Assembly: GCF_006345805.1 (NCBI RefSeq)
Contig: NC_043011.1
Span: forward strand, 22,022,464 to 22,086,463
DNA: 64,000 nt
DNA from: Octopus sinensis
Lineage: Eukaryota
Reading direction: 5' to 3'
This document shows, one piece after another, positions 1-12,056 of this stretch. A program made the position numbers and the translations under genes. Position 1 is the first letter of the stretch. The number at the start of each line of letters is the position of its first letter. The notes under the pieces are model-generated. The model was not told the origin of the DNA. It did no database searches and saw only the letters and a program-made list of their open reading frames with translations.

Positions 1-395
1 CAAGAGGACAGGATTGGGGAGTGGGAAGTAAGCATAGTGCATGAAGCAGAAATGCGAGGAAGAGAAGAGCTGTAAACACATAGTTTGGTTTGTTGTGGTA
101 GAATGTGTGAGAAGTTTTCTTGTTAAGTGTGGATGGGACATACAGTGCTTCTAGAATTTAGTTTTGCTGATGTGGGCAGGTCTTCTCAAGAATATCATAT
201 TACCAGACATCTCAGTCCATTGTCATTTCCTTCATGAAGTCGAGCTTCCTGAGATTGGCCCTTAGCACTTCATCCCACATCTTCCTCGGTCTCCATTTTC
301 TGTGAGTGCCATCCACTTTCAGTGATCATCACTTCTTTATGCAGCTGTCCTCATTCATACACATATCCAAACCAACGTAGACTTCTCTCTTGCAT
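1..395 (-). mobile_element. RTE-type LINE fragment (3' part of ORF)
   Basis: reverse complement resembles the RTE copy at 32760-33010 (...gaggacagctg...gaggaagatgtgggatgaagtg...); boundaries approximate. Confidence 0.7.
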
Positions 396-1359
396 GCTAC
401 AAATTCCGTTCTGGAGATTTTTCACTCAAAGATGACCAATGTTCTGGTCGACCTACTGAAGTCGATGATGAACCGAATCAAAGCCATCATTGAATCTGAT
501 TGTCAAATTTACGAGAGGTTGCAGATAGGTTAAATGTATCACACACAACAACAGAAAATTACTTAAAATGTCTTAGACTCATTAAGAAGCTCGATATTTG
601 GGTTCCACATAAATCGAAAGAGATTCACTTAACACAACAGACCAATATTTACAATATGCATCTCAAACACAATGAAATCAACTTTTTTTTTTTTTTAAGT
701 GAATCCTCACTGGGGATTGAAAATGGATTGTCTACAATAACATCAATCGGAAACGATCATGGTCCAAGCATAATGAACCAGCACAAACCACATCAAAGCT
801 AAATTGCATCAAAAAAGGTCATGCTGTCAATTTGATGGGATTACAAAAATGTTGTGTATTTTGAGCTACTTCCAAGGAATCAAACGATTAATTTAGGTTT
901 TTACTGTCAATAACTAATGAAACTGGAGGAAACAATCAAAGAAAAACAGCCAGAATTGGCAAATTGTAAAAGCATTGTATTCCACCATGACAACGCCAGA
1001 CCACACACATCTTTGCTAACTCGTGAAAAATTATTGCTGCTTGATTGGGAAGTGATGTCACATCCACCATATAGCCTTGACCTTGCACCATCAGATTACC
1101 ATTTATTTCGAAGTTTGCAAAATTCTTTGAAGGGTAAAACTTTCAATAATGATGATGACCTGAAATCACACTTGCTTCAGTTTTTGGCTAAGAACCAGAA
1201 GTTCTATGGGTGCAGAATCATGAAGTTGCCAGAAAGATGGTAATGGGTCATCGAACAAAATGAAAAATATATAACTGATTAAAGTTCATTCTTTGTATAA
1301 AAAAAAAATGCCTTTTCTTTCACAGTAAAAAACCGAAATTACTTTCTTGCTAACCCAAT
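396..1359 (+). mobile_element. mariner transposon remnant, 5'-truncated, frameshifted transposase
   Basis: ORFs 500..802 (KKLDIWVPH) and 917..1243 (FHHDNARPH, HPPYSLDLAPSDYHLF); 3' TIR aaccgaaattactttcttgctaacccaa + TA. Confidence 0.9.
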
Positions 1360-1426
1360 AATTTCAGTTGTTCAATTATTTGTTTTATTTGTTTTTTTTT
1401 TTCTAAATTTCAATTAAATTTTTCAG

Positions 1427-1594
1427 ATTTTATCAATTAAAGGCTCTGAAGTACTGAAATGTGGAATTGTTGCTTACAATGAAGGGACAAAAGATGACAA
1501 ATTCTTTGACATGTCTTGCGTTGATACTAGCATTGATGTCACTATAGGATGTATGCAATTTGTCTTCCTTAACAAATATGTTAATCAGCTATTG
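1427..1594 (+). CDS. VPS13: VPS13 exon a (ILSIKGSEVLK...GCMQFVFLNKYVNQLL)
   Basis: ttttcag acceptor, GTAAGT donor, phase 0/0, open frame. Confidence 0.9.
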
Positions 1595-1730
1595 GTAAGT
1601 TTCTAAAAGCTCTTTTTTTCCCTTTTATCTCTAATATCCATCCTGGTTTTTATAAATTGTCAATTAAGTTAATGCAGTGGCATTTCAAAAGTCAGTGTAA
1701 TTTTTATTTTATTATACTTTTTAAATATTT

Positions 1731-2110
1731 AGCATTTAAACCAACCAATATTCTACCTATTTTGTGTTCAGACTGGCCAGATCTGACTTCTCACACCTAC
1801 CCTATAATGTCATTCTAAAAATAAATAATCATATCATATCGAAATCTCAAAACTTTAATGCAAATATTGTAGAGGATATTATCAATAGTTTAACTTATTT
1901 ACTTAACTCTTTAGCATTTAAACCAGCCATACCCAGCCCCAAATATTCTACTTGTTTTATTTTCAAACCAGCCAGATCCGGTCTCTCACACCTACCCTAT
2001 AATATCATTCTAAAAATAGACTGCCATATCACTAAAATCTTGAAGCTGCAAGATAATGCATGATTGATCAAAAGCAATGTGAATAAATAAACATTACATT
2101 TGGCACAGCA
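1731..2110 (+). mobile_element. two adjacent partial copies of a TTAA-flanked MITE family
   Basis: tagcatttaaacc...ctggccagat...cacacctaccctataat unit occurs twice; same family as 14780-15340. Confidence 0.7.
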
Positions 2111-2530
2111 ATCTCAAGGCAGAAGGATTAAACTCTGTCATGTCATTTCCAATAGAAAAATATTTTCTAACATAGTAAGAAAGGAGTTAGCAAATTACTG
2201 CAAGCTGTGGAAAATAAATGACCTTAGAAATAGATAATTCAAAATAAGAAATAAAACAGTTGCAATTAATTTATTGATTAAAACATATTAAATTTTAATT
2301 TTATCCATCTCATTATTGATGATGTAGTTCTTGTTTTTCTACTGTTTTAACTAGAATTTCTTGATTGTAATCTTATATACTTATATATAAGCAAAGACAC
2401 AGCTGTGTGATTAAGAAGTTTGTTTCGCAATAATGCAGTCTTAGGTTCACACCCTCTCTATGATACCTTGCATATGTATCTTCTGCTGTTGCCTAGGTTA
2501 TAGCAAGTTTCTTATATAATCAGTTAAAGA

Positions 2531-2700
2531 TAGTTATGGCTAGTCTATGGGGTTACCCAGGATTTCACATCTATAAAGCACTTAGCTATACAGCATCTCT
2601 TCAGGCAATAGCCACCAGCCATTGTCTGAAAAGATGTTGTAAAAACTAAGCACTTTATGGACATGAAACACTGGGTAACCTCATAGACTAGCCATAACTA
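2531..2700. repeat. diverged fold-back inverted repeat with hammerhead-like motifs (Penelope-like terminal remnant)
   Basis: arms tagttatggctagtctatg...ttcaggcaat / attgtctgaa...catagactagccataacta, ~11-nt loop. Confidence 0.85.
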
Positions 2701-3086
2701 TATTTATCTAATTACTCTACTGCTCTATAACTTAGGGCATGCTTCTCTTTCAGATTTATGATTTACTGATGATACACACACTAACACACACACACATGCA
2801 CACGTAAGAGAAGTCACTGGTAGTTACTTTCGAAGTCTGATGACAGTTTACCTTGAAAGAAACAATGCAGTTGTTAATAAGAAGCATTGAAATTAATGCA
2901 TATAGTATTTCACGGCTGTAGCATCACTCCTTCATAGTCAGCCTGTGAACTTTTCAGCCCACTCACATATATTTCAGAGAATGCTAAAAGTCAATAATTT
3001 TGCATGTTATTATGTAATGTCTCTCTCTCTCTGACTCATTTGATAATTTTAAAGTTTCAATGAATCTGTATTTCATCAATGTCCAG

Positions 3087-3394
3087 GGTTTCTTAAACCA
3101 ATTCCAAGCAGCTAAAGAAAAAATTTCTGAAGCTGGAGAGAAAATGGCTGAATATTCTAAAGAAACTGTGGCCAACTTACAAGAAACTGCCAGTCGAATT
3201 AGTCTATGCATCAAAATGAAAGCACCTCTTATTCTTGTTCCGCAACACTCAAAGTCTCCCAACATCTTATTGGTCGATCTCGGTAACTTGGACATCAACA
3301 ATAGTTTCCATTCAGCTGAGGCCAAATCAGTAGATGGTAAACCTGCTGTTATTGACAAAATGAGTATTCAACTCACTTCTCTGAAGGTGTCAAG
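3087..3394 (+). CDS. VPS13: VPS13 exon b (GFLNQFQAAKEK...APLILVPQHSKSPNILLVDLGNL...LKVS)
   Basis: ccag acceptor, AG|GTTTGT donor, phase 0/2; lies within ORF 3060..3701. Confidence 0.92.
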
Positions 3395-3749
3395 GTTTGT
3401 GTTTCTTTTTCAACATGTATATATTTGTGTGTGTGTGCGTAAATATATGTATTTCATTTTCAACATTGGTTTATGTGAAATTAAATTTCATGATTATTTC
3501 AATATGATGTTTAAATATCTTATAACGGATAGAAGTGGTGTTTTCTGCAAGTCGCATTACCTCAATAAACTTGACATATCTCAACAGAAAATAGTTTCAA
3601 ACATGACTTTCTTCAACAAAAAAATAGATTGGTGTATAAAACTGCTTTCTAGAGTTAAGGATAATGAAATCTTGAGTGGAAATATCTGTTTTCCTCAGTA
3701 AAAGGGTTAGTCTTATACCAATATTTGTAAGGTGGCAAATTGATGGAAC

Positions 3750-5525
3750 TATTCAAGCATTTGATAGAATGTTTTGCAGTATTTGTTCTGACTCTCTGCA
3801 TTCTTAGTTCAAATCCTACCAAAGTCAAGTTTGCATTTCATCCTTTTGAAGTCAATAAAAAAAAAATTACCAATCAAAGGCAGTGGATTGGCAGAATTTT
3901 CAGAGGGTCTAGTGAGATACCTTACTGTATCTATTCCAGCTCCTTGCTTTCTGACAGTAACAGCTGGGATGATATGGTGCCAAGCTGTGTTGGCCTAAGT
4001 TTGCAGCCTTTTATTTTGGATAAGCATCCATAAAATGCAGAGGGGAAACTTGCAAGCATGGGGCATCTACCAGTCTTTCAGAAGAAATTTTGCCCAGGTC
4101 TGCACACACATATGCCAATGTATGGTCAGCATTGACCAATGGGGCACCTAATTCAGTATTTGTAACAGATAAATTGATGGGCTGTGTAATAAGCCTGCAG
4201 TTTAGTAGGGTTTAGTCATGTTTGATACATAACTGACTTCCAATTTTATTGGTTGCAAATGTTACCTCTAATTTTTAGTGGTCATTATCCTTTCTACTAA
4301 AAGCACAAGGCCTGAAATTTGGGAGAAGGAACTAGTTGATTACATTGACCCCAGTATTTCACTGATACTGGAGGAATTTGAACTCAGAGTGTAGCAATGG
4401 GCGAAATACCTCTAAGCATTTCATTCAGTGTGCTAACAATTCTGCCAGCTCACTGCCTTGTTTTTAGTTGTCGTGCACAAGAATTTCATTGAACGATATT
4501 CTCCTTGTAACTACTGTATATACACGCTGAATGTATAACAGCTCTAGTTCCTAATTATTACCAATTAGTGTTTGAAAGGGCATCCAGTCATAACCTTCCC
4601 ATCTTTTTATATCATTCGATGTGTCTTTCCTTTTGTTAAGGTGCGGTTTGGCTTCTTGTTTCCAACAGTTTGATAGACAACATCATGATTCTCTTATTCA
4701 TTTGACATTGTTTTGTCATCTATAATGATATATTTGCTGTTACTTTTTCAGAGCCATGTTGAATGAAGAAAAGAAAATATGCACAGAATATCTTTTACTA
4801 GAGCCAGCTACATTAAGTATAAATGTTAACAGGAACTTGTCTGCTGGCTGGTACCATGGGGAACCAGATATGAGTATTGATGGCAAACAATATGCCTTAG
4901 CTGTAAGTAAATTTCAAAACGTCTCTGCTATCATTTTTTTTTTTCTTTTCTTTAATGATCAATTGAAACTGTTGGTCACTGCCACTTCTGGCATTAAAGT
5001 AGAACTTTGCCCTACAAGACTTAACTGCAATATTAAAGGAAGACCTAAGGCAACAAGGTGGTAGAATCTTTAGCACACCAAGCAAAATGCTTAGCAGCAT
5101 TTCATCTGTCTTTACATTCTGAGTTCAAATTCTGTTGAGGTCAGCTTTACCTTTTGTCTTTTCTGGATTGATAAAGTAAGTACCAGGTGCCAAACTTTGA
5201 AATTAGTATTAAAGGAATGCCTAGAGGAGAATGAACAGATATTATTGCCTGGAATGTGATACAAACATATCCAAAGACCCAACCTTCATTGCTGCAATAG
5301 TGTTACTTGTATTCTTTTCTCCTCTTAGCACAAGGCCTGAAATTTTGGGGGAGGGAGCCAGTCGATTAGATCAACCCCATTATGCTACTGGTACTTAATT
5401 TATTGACCCCAAAAGGATGAAAGGCAAGGTCAACCTCGGCGGAATTTGAACTCAGACCATAAAGAGATGAAATACCACTAAGCATTTCACCCAGCATGCT
5501 AACATTTCTGCCAGCTCGCCGCCTT
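3750..5525. mobile_element. four copies of one tRNA-like SINE around exon c: ~3750-3870(+), ~4290-4460(-), ~5047-5200(+), ~5320-5525(-)
   Basis: shared B-box-like core gagttcaaat(t)c / gaatttgaactc and flanks gctaagcattt, ctgccagctc; boundaries approximate. Confidence 0.75.
4752..4902 (+). CDS. VPS13: VPS13 exon c (RAMLNEE...RNLSAGWYHGEPD...YALA)
   Basis: ttttcag acceptor, GTAAGT donor, phase 2/0. Confidence 0.9.
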
Positions 5526-5872
5526 AATAGTGTTACTTATATTGTATTGCCAGTATTGCCTAGAGGGAGGGAGTAACAAGTGAAGAAATGAAGGTTGTGG
5601 TGAATGTACTTCCATAACTACAGCAAAACCTCACTGGATGTCTTTAGCAGGGTCCATTTTCTTACAACTATTTAGTTACATCTCCAGTCTAATGATAATT
5701 TCCCCTCTTTCTTTTGAATCCTTTTCTCCTCTGAATAATAAAAAAAATAAATTAAATAAACCCATGCACCACTCACAATTGTTTTTAATGAATTTTTGTG
5801 ACAAGGCAATATTTCACATAGGGTTTAATTATTTTTCTAATTGTTCATTTTTTTTTATCTCTATTATTTCAG

Positions 5873-5990
5873 CTTTGCCTTAGCCAGTATGACTATGCTG
5901 TAATTATGGCAATATTAAACGAAAACTTTTCAGAAGAGCAGCCAGTTGCTTCAGCTATAACTTCAAAAGACTTGTCTTCAGTGAAGAGTG
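5873..5990 (+). CDS. VPS13: VPS13 exon d (LCLSQYDYAVIMAILNENFSEE...)
   Basis: tttcag acceptor, G|GTAAAT donor, phase 0/1. Confidence 0.88.
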
Positions 5991-6513
5991 GTAAATATAT
6001 TCTGCTATTAATGGCTTGTTGTTTGTATTTAATCAGTTATTCAGTGGAAAAGGAGCAGTACTCATGGCCTTTTGATAGGTCCTTGGAGAATGATATAGTC
6101 AGTGCTCATTTGGAACATCTGTGGTAGGAAAGGAATTCCATAAAATAGAAGTTCAGAGAAAGACTAGGGGAATATGTAGTGAGGAGAAGGTCTGTGGAGA
6201 TAAGAAACAATGAGAGTGAATGGAAGATGAAGGGTATGTGGAGGCTTATACAGAGATAGATAGTTCAGGAGATCAGAGGTTGTAGAGATACAAGCAGAGA
6301 GAAGAAACAAATCATCTGAGTTACTACTTGTATGTAAAATATCATTGTCTAAATAAATAAATATAAAATCTTTCAAAGTTGGTGTCATTGAAACAGTACA
6401 TAAATGGATTAACCAAATAAAATAAATTGGAAAAGGATTTAAATAAAATGCTACAAACCTTATCTAATAATCATTAAAACAGTGACACTGATTAAGAAAA
6501 GTTAACTTTAAAG

Positions 6514-6763
6514 GCAAGATCTACCCCTTCCTGCATTGTCTTTATCTTAAAAAAAAAAAAAAGACTGGTTCAGATGATATTATTCAAGTTACCTCCTTTA
6601 GTTGCTATTTTTAGATTTTATGCGCTCTCATATAGAACGTTCTATGTGAGAGCGCATAAAATCTAAAAATAGCAAATAAAGGAGGTAACTTGAATAATAT
6701 CATCTGAACCAGTCTTTTTTTTTTTTTTAAGATAAAGACAATGCAATAAGGGGTAGATCTTGC
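6514..6763. repeat. 250-bp near-perfect palindrome, no loop
   Basis: centre atagaac|gttctat at 6638/6639; arms gcaagatctacccctt... / ...aaggggtagatcttgc. Confidence 0.97.
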
Positions 6764-7237
6764 TCAGGTGCACTACAATTCATCTAGTATCCATACCCTA
6801 GAATATAGAAAGTGGTACCAATATTTGGTTGAAAAGTTTAAAGGAACTTTTAAGTGAAAATCTGAAATTAAATTGAAATGTCCAAATCTATTGTTGCTCT
6901 GCTCATAAAATGACACACACACATGTAAACTATTTCTCACAATTGCCACATGCAACAGTTTGATATATATTGAATTGAAAACTGAGATAATCCTTGCAAT
7001 TAGAAGATTATCTCAGTTTTCAATTCAATATATATCAAACTGTTGCATGTGGCAAATGTGAAAAATAGTCTACCTGTGTGTGTGTCATTTTATGAGCAGA
7101 GCAACAATAGATTTGGACATTTCAATTTAATTTCAGACTTTCACATAAAATTTCCTTTAAACTTTTCAACCAAATATTGGTACCACTTTCTATATTCTAG
7201 GGTATGGATACTAGATGAATTGTAGTGCATCTGAGCA
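6761..7237. repeat. ~477-bp inverted repeat, ~232-bp arms, 13-nt loop
   Basis: tgctcaggtgcactacaatt... / ...aattgtagtgcatctgagca; mirror ORFs 6773..6955(-) and 7043..7225(+) are near-identical. Confidence 0.97.
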
Positions 7238-7364
7238 CTGTATATAATGAGTTCATTGTTATTTTTTATTTCATAAAGCAGAATAATGTGCATTTATATT
7301 TTTCTCTTTCTTTTTTTTTTTTTCCTTTTATGTTGCTCTATACATTCTTATCATTCTATTTTAG

Positions 7365-7516
7365 CTGAATCTAAAACTACACCTAAGGCTACTGCTTCAA
7401 AATCACAAGTTGAACCAGAAACTAAAGTGCATACTGGGGAGGTTTATACCTCTATGAAGTTCAAGTTTACACTAAACAGTTTATCAGCAACACTTTACAT
7501 GGGAAAAGATGAAGTG
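7365..7516 (+). CDS. VPS13: VPS13 exon e (ESKTTPK...FKFTLNSLSATLYMGKDEV)
   Basis: ttttag acceptor, GTATGT donor, phase 1/0. Confidence 0.88.
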
Positions 7517-8024
7517 GTATGTTACAGTTTCACATTTTTGGTAGTGGTAAATAGAGAAAAGAAACTTTCTGTGTATCACATATGATACGTGGAACATATT
7601 TCTCTGGCATCATGCATCATATATGATACACATTACCAATTTATTTTCAACCCTGAGAGTAACTTCATATCTATGAAAGAAAGCTTTATATTACTCAGAG
7701 CATATGAAACAAGGGCTAAAAGTTTGAATACCTACATGGACATTTAGGACAAACTTATGAAAATGCTTTGGGCAGGCAAACAGTTAAACTTTATATCTTA
7801 AATATTTTTATTAATCTTTGCAAGATTTCCATCTTTAGACATTCTTAATTACTGAAGCCAACAAAGAAACTGCCATACAATTGCTACAAACATTAATGGC
7901 CTTTTTATAACTTAATAGCCCTGGTAATCTCCAGTGTCTTGGATAGTATATAACTGAACCAAATCAAGAACTGCATGCAACAGCTGTACATCATTAATGA
8001 TAATTTATCAAATAATAGTAAAAA

Positions 8025-9399
8025 TGGTTTCAAATTTTGGCACAAAGCCAACAATTGGAGGGGGTTGGGTAGTCAATTACATCAACTCCATTATATGACT
8101 GGTACTTTTTTTTATCTTCCCCAAGAAGTTGAAAGGCAAAGTTAACCTCAATGATATTTGAACTCAGAACCTACAGATCCAGAAAAAATACTGCTAAGCA
8201 TTTTATCCAATGTGCTAACAGTTCTGCCAGTCCACTGCCGTAATACTAATAATAATTTATAACATTAGCGTTAAGGCCAGCAGTTTTGTGGAAGGAACAC
8301 AGTTGCTTATGGTAATCCCTGTACTTGACTGTCAATTACTTTTATTGACACATGGAAGACACCAAATAAGTAAAGTTTAATGGCCAGTTGGGCACCCTGT
8401 TGGTTATGACAATGAGTGTTCCAGTTGATTCAATCAATGGAATGGCCTGCTCATGAAAGCGGTGTGAAAATGGATGAGCACTCTACAAACATGTGTACCC
8501 TTAATCTGGTTCTCGGGGAGATTCAGCCTGACACACCAAAATGTAACATGGCTGTCCCATTGGTTTACAGGTACAACTCATTTTTGCCAGCCAAGTGGAC
8601 TGGAGCAACATGAAATAAAGTGTCTTGTTCAGGAACACAACGCACCACCAGGAATTGAACTTGTGATTTTGCGATTGTGATCCAAATGCACTAACCACTA
8701 AACCATGTGCCTTTACTTCATGTTTAATAATAATAATAATAATAATAATAATAGTGGTTTCAAGTTTTGGCACAAGGCCTGCAGTTTGGGGGGAGGAGAT
8801 AAGTTAATTACATCAAACCCAGTACTCACCTGGTACTTATTTTATCAAACCCAAATCGATGAAAGGCACAGTCAACCCCAGCAGAGTTTCAACTCAGAAT
8901 GTAAAGAAGTAAGAAATGTTGCTAAGCATTTCATCCAGCACGCTAACAATTCTGTCAGCTCACCACCTTAGTAATAATAATAAAGGCTTCAAATCTTGTC
9001 ACAAGGTCTGCAATTTTGGTGGGAGGAGCTGAGTCTAACACCCGTGGACATATTTCCTTTTCAAACTCCACCCGTCTAACACCTGTGGACATATTTACAA
9101 AGTCAGAAAACAGCACAGCTCCCATGACTTTAGGAAACATTTTTTCACGCTGAGAGTTGCTGAAGCATGGAACAAACTGCCGGCATCAGTTGTTAGTTAT
9201 CGGAGCACTTCATCCTTTAAAACTTCCATGCTTTCTGAGATTCGCCAACACTACACCTGATTTTCTCCCCTCCATACACACACAAGCATGTATCTGACTC
9301 ATACATTGTTCGCTTTCCAGACATTTGTACATTACTGCATATACTTTATACGCACTTTCTGACAAGTTGTGGTGCACCTGAGCACTGTATACAATAATT

Positions 9400-9434
<35 letters not shown>

Positions 9435-9575
9435 CGACCCCAGTGTTCTACTGATACTTATTTTATCGACTCCAAAAGGATGAAAGGCAAAGTCGACCTC
9501 AGAATGCAGCGACAGGCAAAATACCACTAAGCATTTCGTCCAGTACGCTAGCAATTCTGCCAGCTCACTGCCTTG
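8025..9575 (-). mobile_element. cluster of same-orientation tRNA-like SINE copies separated by (AAT)n tracts
   Basis: repeated aatggtttcaaattttggcacaag...gaactcag...ctaagcattt...ctgccag unit at ~8025, ~8755, ~8980; more diverged sequence near 8260. Confidence 0.75.
9033..9430 (+). mobile_element. 5'-truncated CR1-clade LINE 3' end inserted in a SINE
   Basis: encodes RKHFFTLRVAEAWNKLPASVV...* (CR1 ORF2 C-terminal FF..RV...WN.LP..VV motif), 3' UTR, (ATT)n tail. Confidence 0.85.
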
Positions 9576-9904
9576 CTTAATAATAATGATGATGATAATA
9601 ATAACTTAACCACATGACAATAATAATTTATCTTTGTATCAAAAAAATTTTTTTGTAACTGCATTTGTAACATTGACATATGTACAATATTAAAACAACA
9701 ACCATATTACAAGTCAATGAAAGAGCCTCAAAGGGGTTTATTCAACCTGCTAGAAGTAGCAGCTAAATCTCCCTTTTAAATTCCCTTTAAATAAATGGAA
9801 AATTGTTTTATCTCTCTTCACTTAAAAATTTATAAGGCCTTAAACTGACTATCTAGTATAATTTTATGTTCTTTGATTTCTTTTTTTACCACTCCATTTT
9901 TCAG

Positions 9905-10083
9905 TCAAGCGAAGCTGGAATAGTGATGAAACGAGACAGCAAGAAGTGTCTGGGACATTTTGAGTTACAGGTGTTTGACATAGACTTTAATATGCAGTCA
10001 GATGGCTCGATGACAGCAAATATTATTTTGAATAACACCATTTTAGATGACAGTCGTCCTGTAAAAGAATATGCAATAAGAAG
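9905..10083 (+). CDS. VPS13: VPS13 exon f (SSEAGIVMKRDS...LDDSRPVKEYAIR)
   Basis: tttttcag acceptor, AG|GTATGT donor, phase 0/2. Confidence 0.9.
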
Positions 10084-10239
10084 GTATGTAGATATAAAGA
10101 GCATTGAACATGATTGAGATAGTAGAGTGATTAATTAGATGTTTAGTAGCATGTAGTTGCCACTGTTCTAACTGAAGCCCCTCTAGGATTAAGTTCAGTA
10201 TTTATATATCTGATAATATATGAAAACAAAAGTTGTGTA

Positions 10240-10460
10240 TGTTTTAAGATGGTCACTGAGAAAGCTTCATGTAGATGAAGGTAAATAAAATTTGAGAGTC
10301 ACTGAAGCTATGTTTAAAGACAATGTCAACCAAATAAGAGTCAGCAAGGAGTTTAGCATACAAGCAAGTGTTCATCAGGGCTCAGTTCTTAGCTTCCTAT
10401 TTATTATAATCCTCCAAACCATAACAAATGAGTTTAAGACCTGCTATCCATGCACTGTTT
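10240..10460 (+). mobile_element. RTE LINE reverse transcriptase fragment
   Basis: ORF 10292..10477 has VHQGSVLS.LFII (RT QGS motif). Confidence 0.75.
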
Positions 10461-10519
10461 TAAAAATATTAACATAAATATGTGTTTAAATTTACTTTTA
10501 TAAACATTCATACGCAAAT

Positions 10520-10750
10520 GGCGCAGGAGTGGCTGTGTGGTAAGTAGCTTGCTAACCAACCACATGGTTCCGGGTTCAGTCCCACTGCGTGGCATCTTGG
10601 GCAAGTGTCTTCTGCTATAGCCCGATAGAATAAGTACTGGGCTTACAAAGAATAAGTCCCGGGGTCGATCTGCTCGACTAAAGGTGGTGCTCCAGCATGG
10701 CCGCAGTCAAATGACTGAAACAAGTAAAAGAGTAAAAGAGAGAGTAAAGA
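10520..10750 (+). mobile_element. young tRNA-derived SINE (internally deleted copy)
   Basis: A-box tggctgtgtggta, B-box gggttcagtccc, CpGs retained, (AAAAGAGT)n tail; relatives at ~13920 and ~16137. Confidence 0.85.
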
Positions 10751-10869
10751 GTAAATGTTAAATGTACAAACCAATGAATAGCATTATAATTACAGAAGTA
10801 AAATGCCACATACATATGAATACGAATATATGTGGGTTGTTGCACATATACATGTATTGCTTGCTTGAG

Positions 10870-11490
10870 ACAGCATTCACCCAGGGTGGATTGAGCTGGC
10901 TTCATTCATTCTCAATACTGCATCTCTCACAAACGCCGACCAGGTCTGGCGATTTGAGGCTAATGACCACGTGATCTCTAATCACTCCCTATTCCAGCAG
11001 CAAACGCCGTAGACATGGGGGCCAAGGTTGGGTTCCAGATCAGCCTTGACTGTCATCAGCCAGGTTTTTCATTGTCCACCACATCGCTTTCGCCAACCCT
11101 GAAGGGGAGCTGGGGCAATTGCTTCGTAGATGAATTCTCCTGGTTGACGAAGGAAGGCATGACCCAGCCAACGCAGATGTCTCGTTAGGATGACTTGCCG
11201 GAGGGAGGTGATTTTGCACTGGTGTCGCACCAAATTGTTGGAGACAAAGTGATGCCATTGGACACGAAGGATGCAGCATAGACAGAGGTAATCAAAGGAT
11301 TCTAGTCGCTTAATATCTTCCACCCTAATCGGCCATGACACAAACATATATATGCGCATTAATATTCGCTGATGATTTGTCTCCACCAAAGGCCTCCAAC
11401 TCTTTTTGGATCCTAAAGATGAAGGATTCAGCCTTGTGCAAGAAGCTACAATTTCCAAATTGCTGCTATTGATAGCAAGAGTCATGAACA
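10870..11490 (-). mobile_element. RTE-type LINE 3' fragment
   Basis: ORF 11069..11491(-): RLESFD..CL..IL.V.W...VSN..V, LRWLGH, GWRKR.GGQ. Confidence 0.85.
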
Positions 11491-11930
11491 CAACTTTCCT
11501 TTTTCATTTTTGTGCTAGATTGGTATCTGCTATGCTGATGCTGTTAATAAGTTTGAAAGAGAAATGAGAAAAGCAAAAATTACATTAGTTCATCATTTAT
11601 TTATACCCTGCTAAAGTTTGCTCACAAACGCTCAGTGCACTTTCATCTTATATTTAAAAGGAAATTATAACAATTTTATATTTTCACATATGTCATAAAA
11701 TTTTGAGAAGCTGATCTATTAAGATCAAGTCGCTGTTTACACAATGTTATAAAAATCTTGTTGGAAGTTGTGTTCTTAAGAAATGCATTTTTTTTTAAAT
11801 ATGTATTTAGAGCATTAATCAATGTACTTTATTTTTGATTTTTCTTATTTCTTATGTTTTCTCTATGAAGTAACCTAATTGTTTGTCTAAGAAAGCTTTA
11901 ATTAGGCATTGTTTTGATTGATTGTAACAG

Positions 11931-12025
11931 AATGATTCAAAGATACTCTGCAAGTCAAGTATCAACACCAGCACAAAATATGATTGAAGTTCAGTTTCAG
12001 CAAAACTCCAAAGCAGACAAAGATG
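11931..12025 (+). CDS. VPS13: VPS13 exon g (RMIQRYSASQ...MIEVQFQQNSKADKD)
   Basis: aacag acceptor, G|GTGAGT donor, phase 2/1. Confidence 0.88.
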
Positions 12026-12056
12026 GTGAGTATGGTATATAAGTATGCATTATATA

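Noticed and set aside
2837-2875. CTGATGA...GAAAC hammerhead-like string
   Set aside because: Helix I and helix II cannot form.
3060-3701. 213-aa ORF as a standalone gene
   Set aside because: Only 3087-3394 is exonic; the rest is intron read-through.
6121-6390. Possible Penelope/LINE coding remnant (also 53160-53420)
   Set aside because: No diagnostic RT or GIY-YIG motif recognisable by eye.
10520-10600. tRNA gene
   Set aside because: A/B boxes belong to a multi-copy SINE head; no cloverleaf.
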